This document shows, one piece after another, positions 40,970-44,589 of a stretch of DNA of 44,589 nt. Made by a program: the position numbers and the translations under genes. Below the pieces are notes generated by a model, which was given only the letters and a program-made list of their open reading frames with translations, had not been told where the DNA came from and searched no databases. Each line of letters begins with the position of its first letter. Position 1 is the first letter of the stretch. The DNA is from an uncultured Bacteroidales bacterium (GTDB lineage: Bacteria; Bacteroidota; Bacteroidia; Bacteroidales; UBA932): contig CALUSD010000017.1 in NCBI GenBank assembly GCA_944323295.1, positions 1-44,589 of the forward strand, given 5' to 3'.

Positions 40970-41692
40970 ATGGAAATTCAGGAATGGCAGGAAAGGACCG
41001 GGCTGCTGCTCGGCGCCGGCGGGCTTGAAAAACTCGCGGCTTCGTGCGTGGCGGTAGTCGGTGCCGGAGGTGTGGGCGGCTATGCGGCTGAAATGCTCGT
41101 CAGGGCCGGCATAGGCAGAATGATAGTGATAGACAGCGATGTCGTATCGGTCACGAACAAGAACCGGCAGCTGCTTGCTCTCGATTCGACTGTCGGAAAA
41201 CCGAAATGCGAAGTATTGGAAGCCCGGCTGAAAGACATCAATCCGGCTCTTGAAATAGACGTCATGCCGCTTTATCTTGAAGCGGACAAGGTAGAGGAAG
41301 TGCTCGGAGGATATGCTCCAGACTATGTCGTGGACGCCATAGACACTCTTGCGCCGAAACTTTCCCTGATAAAATATTGCCTCGACAGAGGCATCCCTCT
41401 CGTTTCTTCCATGGGTGCCGGGGCAAAAACGGATTTGACGAAAATCAGGATAGCCGATATTTCCAAGACTTTCAACTGTCCTCTGGCATTCATAGTCAGA
41501 AAAAGGCTCCGGAAGATGGGAATCAGGAAAGGGGTGATGACGGTGTTTTCGGAAGAATTGCCCGACAGGGCGGCAATAGTGGACTGCGACGAAAAAAACA
41601 AGAAATCCAATGCCGGGACCATTTCATATATTCCGGCGGTTTTCGGCTGCGCCTGCGCCCAGGCAGTGATAGCAGGACTGCTGAATGCGTAA
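40970..41692 (+). CDS. tcdA: tRNA threonylcarbamoyladenosine dehydratase (ThiF family)
   Basis: GAGGVGG, NKNRQ, VVDAIDT, SSMGAG, CPLA and VFSEE. Confidence 0.9.
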   Translation: MEIQEWQERTGLLLGAGGLEKLAASCVAVVGAGGVGGYAAEMLVRAGIGRMIVIDSDVVSVTNKNRQLLALDSTVGKPKCEVLEARLKDINPALEIDVMPLYLEADKVEEVLGGYAPDYVVDAIDTLAPKLSLIKYCLDRGIPLVSSMGAGAKTDLTKIRIADISKTFNCPLAFIVRKRLRKMGIRKGVMTVFSEELPDRAAIVDCDEKNKKSNAGTISYIPAVFGCACAQAVIAGLLNA

Positions 41693-41815
41693 TGAGCATC
41701 GGATGTTTCCCGTTTTTGCAGAAGGCCGGCATTCTGACGATATGTGTTCGATATATGTGGATTACTTGCGGATTTTGATTAAATTTGCAGGATATTTTGT
41801 CATTATAACGTTGCT

Positions 41816-42937
41816 ATGGCTGATTATAAGGTAGTCGAAGTCGTATCCAAAAGGGATTTGAAAAGATTTATCAGGTTTCCGAACGATCTGTATCGGGACT
41901 GTCCTCAGTATGTACCGGCATTGGTCGCAGACCAGATAAAGTCTCTGACGTCGGTGTCATCGGCAAAGTACTGTCCTCACAAGATGTGGATGATATGCGA
42001 CGGCGGGAAGACAGTCGGACGTATCTGCGGAATGATAAATCCGAGATACAACGAAAGATACGGCAAGAAAAGGGCCCGTTTCGGGTGGTTCGACACCATA
42101 GACGATATCGAAGTGGCGAAGCTGCTTGTAGGAACGGCCGAGAAATGGGCTAAGGAAAACGGCATGACGGAGATTCACGGTCCTCTGTATTACAATACGC
42201 TTGGAAAGCAGGGCATGTTGGTGGAAGGATATGAAAATGTCCCGCCGTTCAACTGCCTTTACAACTATCCGTATTACAACGACCTGCTCGTGTCTCTCGG
42301 CTTCGAAAAGGAGTGCGACTGGGTGCAGTACAAACTGAGGGCAGACCAGCCCGTGCCTGAAAAAATGGTGGCGATAGCAGACCGTCTGATGGAGCGCTAC
42401 AAACTTGTGGAGGGGGATGTGGACACGCTGAAGCGTGACAAGGCGCTGGTCCGGGAGTTTTTCAGGATATACAATGAAAGTTTTGCCGAAAGCGTCTACA
42501 ATTTCATACCTTTCACCGATGAAGAGATAGAGGAGGAGGCTAACCAGACCATAGGACTTTTAGACGGGCGGCTCTGCTGTTTCCTGTTGGATGAAAACAG
42601 GGAAATAGCTGCGTTCGGGGTTTCTTTTCCTTCTATTTCCAAGGCGTTGCAGAAAGCGAAAGGCTCGATGTTTCCTTTCGGATGGATTCATTTCCTGAAA
42701 GCGCTGAAGAAATTCGATACCATAGACCTGATGATAAACGGGGCGGCACCCAAGTGGCAGAATACCGGGGTTTCTTCCGTGTACCATAATATTATGGCGC
42801 GGAAATACCGTGAGTCCGGGGTAAAATGGGCCATTACGAATCCTCAGATAGATACCAATTCGGCGTCTTTCGTATGGGGAAAATACGAGCATGAACTGTT
42901 CATGCGTCGCAGATGTTATGTAAAAACAATAGAGTAA
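41816..42937 (+). CDS. YghO-like GNAT-fold hypothetical protein
   Basis: FIRFP..LY, VGRI, RFGWFD, GMLVEG, YNYPYY and FPFGW. TAAATTTG -7 box at 41780-41787. Confidence 0.75.
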   Translation: MADYKVVEVVSKRDLKRFIRFPNDLYRDCPQYVPALVADQIKSLTSVSSAKYCPHKMWMICDGGKTVGRICGMINPRYNERYGKKRARFGWFDTIDDIEVAKLLVGTAEKWAKENGMTEIHGPLYYNTLGKQGMLVEGYENVPPFNCLYNYPYYNDLLVSLGFEKECDWVQYKLRADQPVPEKMVAIADRLMERYKLVEGDVDTLKRDKALVREFFRIYNESFAESVYNFIPFTDEEIEEEANQTIGLLDGRLCCFLLDENREIAAFGVSFPSISKALQKAKGSMFPFGWIHFLKALKKFDTIDLMINGAAPKWQNTGVSSVYHNIMARKYRESGVKWAITNPQIDTNSASFVWGKYEHELFMRRRCYVKTIE

Positions 42938-42943
42938 ACATAT

Positions 42944-44029
42944 ATGGCGGAAAATTCATTGATAGAGAAAATTTCTGGCCTGCAGGAGAAATACGACGGC
43001 CTGCAGAAACAGCTTTCCGATCCTGAGGTGATTTCGGACATGAAGAAATACGTGCAGCTGAACAAGGAGTACAAGGAGCTTGCTCCTATTATCGAGGCGG
43101 GAAAGGTATACAAGAAAATGATGGACGATTATGATTCCGCCAAAGATATTCTCGCGAATGAAAAGGACGAGGAGCTGAGGGAGATGGCGAAAGAGGAGAT
43201 TGCCGGAATCGAGGAGAAGATTCCGGCAATGGAAGAGAATATCAAGCTGCTTCTTATCCCTGCCGATCCGCAGGACGGCAAAAATGCCATCCTTGAAATC
43301 AGGGGCGGCACCGGCGGTGACGAAGCCGCCATATTTGCCGGAGATCTGTTCAGGATGTATTCAAAATATGCGGAAAAGAAAGGCTGGAAGATAGAAGTGA
43401 CCAACCAGTCGGAGGGTGCTGCCGGCGGTTTCAAGGAAATAGTATGCAAGATTTCCGGAGACCATGTCTACGGTACCATGAAATACGAGTCCGGAGTGCA
43501 TCGCGTCCAGCGGGTCCCGCAGACCGAGACTCAGGGCCGCGTTCATACGTCTGCAGCATCGGTAGCGGTTTTGCCGGAGGCGGACGAATTCGATATCGAG
43601 TTGAATATGAATGATATCCGGAAAGATACTTTCTGTTCTTCAGGGCCTGGCGGACAGTCCGTGAATACCACGTATTCCGCTATCAGGCTTACGCATATCC
43701 CGTCCGGAATAGTAGTTCAGTGCCAGGATGAAAAATCCCAGCTCAAAAACTTCGACAAGGCTCTTGCGGAGCTCCGTACGAGGCTTTACAATATGGAGTA
43801 CGAGAAATACCTGAACGAGATTTCGGCCAAGCGCAAGACGATGGTTTCTACCGGTGACCGTTCTGCCAAAATCAGGACTTACAATTATCCGCAGTCCCGG
43901 GTGACCGACCACAGGATAAACTATACGATGTACAATCTGCCGGTATTCATGGACGGGGAGATTCAGGAAGTCATAGACCAGCTCCAGATAGCCGAAAATG
44001 CCGAAAGACTGAAAGCGGCTGCAGAATAA
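42944..44029 (+). CDS. prfA: Peptide chain release factor 1
   Basis: PxT motif (RVPQTE), [11 protein letters not shown] and RVTDHR. Confidence 0.96.
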   Translation: MAENSLIEKISGLQEKYDGLQKQLSDPEVISDMKKYVQLNKEYKELAPIIEAGKVYKKMMDDYDSAKDILANEKDEELREMAKEEIAGIEEKIPAMEENIKLLLIPADPQDGKNAILEIRGGTGGDEAAIFAGDLFRMYSKYAEKKGWKIEVTNQSEGAAGGFKEIVCKISGDHVYGTMKYESGVHRVQRVPQTETQGRVHTSAASVAVLPEADEFDIELNMNDIRKDTFCSSGPGGQSVNTTYSAIRLTHIPSGIVVQCQDEKSQLKNFDKALAELRTRLYNMEYEKYLNEISAKRKTMVSTGDRSAKIRTYNYPQSRVTDHRINYTMYNLPVFMDGEIQEVIDQLQIAENAERLKAAAE

Positions 44030-44071
44030 TGTGAGGCCCTCATTACGGATGTTCCATTGGAGCCGTCAGTT

Positions 44072-44589
44072 TTAATTCTGCGTGTGACCGAACATAAAAC
44101 CTACGTACAGCCTCGGTCCGGTGACGAAGTCGTTTTCAGGGTTGCTGACATTCAGCAGATAATCGATTTTCACTACGATATTCGCTTTCGGCGAGACTGC
44201 GTATTCGGCTCCGAAAAACGGGGCAATGGCTGCAAATCCGTATTTTCTGTATGAAATACAGTCTTCCGCGATATAGTCGTTCTCTATTTGGGACAGGATG
44301 GTGATATTGGTCTGGCTTCCGCCTCCGACGGTGCCTCCCATGAAAATATCCCATTTCCCTATGGCCCATACGCAGTCGGCCAGTATCCCGCCCCAGCCTG
44401 TTTCTGCGCGGCTGTCGTTTTTTCCATAACCGAGCGTGGATACGTAGCCCTCGGTCCCTATCCTGAGATGTTTTCCGAAAAGAAATTTGATCGCGCCTCC
44501 TATTCCGAAAGGTGCTCCGTCCGGCCGTATTCCATGGCTTGCTCCATGAGATATGATGGCGGTCGCGGCCCTGCTTTGCACATATCCGG
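44072..44589 (-). CDS. Hypothetical outer-membrane beta-barrel-like protein, 5'-truncated by window edge
   Basis: Frame open to the window end; Gly/aromatic-rich alternating strands ending PRLYVGFMFG. Confidence 0.65.
   Translation of the reverse strand, partial: GYVQSRAATAIISHGASHGIRPDGAPFGIGGAIKFLFGKHLRIGTEGYVSTLGYGKNDSRAETGWGGILADCVWAIGKWDIFMGGTVGGGSQTNITILSQIENDYIAEDCISYRKYGFAAIAPFFGAEYAVSPKANIVVKIDYLLNVSNPENDFVTGPRLYVGFMFGHTQN

Noticed and set aside
27093-44029. prfA and prfB (and asnS/ansA/asnA) co-occurring as a functional cluster
   Set aside because: They are in separate transcription units many kb apart, which is consistent with chance in a housekeeping region.

Overview
Mostly housekeeping chromosomal window from a Bacteroidota (Bacteroidales-like) gut anaerobe. 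The taxonomy is inferred from gene content and frequent TAnnTTTG -7 promoter boxes. It carries about 35 CDS: GH3 glucosidase, RidA, acyl-CoA synthetase, CtpA, udk, asnS, an ExbB/ExbD operon, ansA, tatD, dprA, queA, pyrE, RsmF-like methyltransferase, cysteine synthase, asnA, prfB, fumarase, reverse rubrerythrin, Fic, AddB/AddA-like recombinase, CoA-transferase, mazG, tcdA and prfA. No rRNA, tRNA, CRISPR array, integrase or transposase was seen. The most interesting signal is non-coding. (1) A ~127-bp palindromic element occurs as two full ~89%-identical copies with compensatory stem changes, one fragment, and possibly one collapsed copy acting as a terminator; its core resembles Rickettsia RPE-1 as I recall it. 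(2) An adjacent 360-bp array of nested, covarying hairpin repeats ends in the probable promoter of ridA. Also noted: prfB lacks its programmed frameshift, asnA is frameshifted, and an AT-rich non-canonical Fic gene with internal nested inverted repeats sits directly before addBA.
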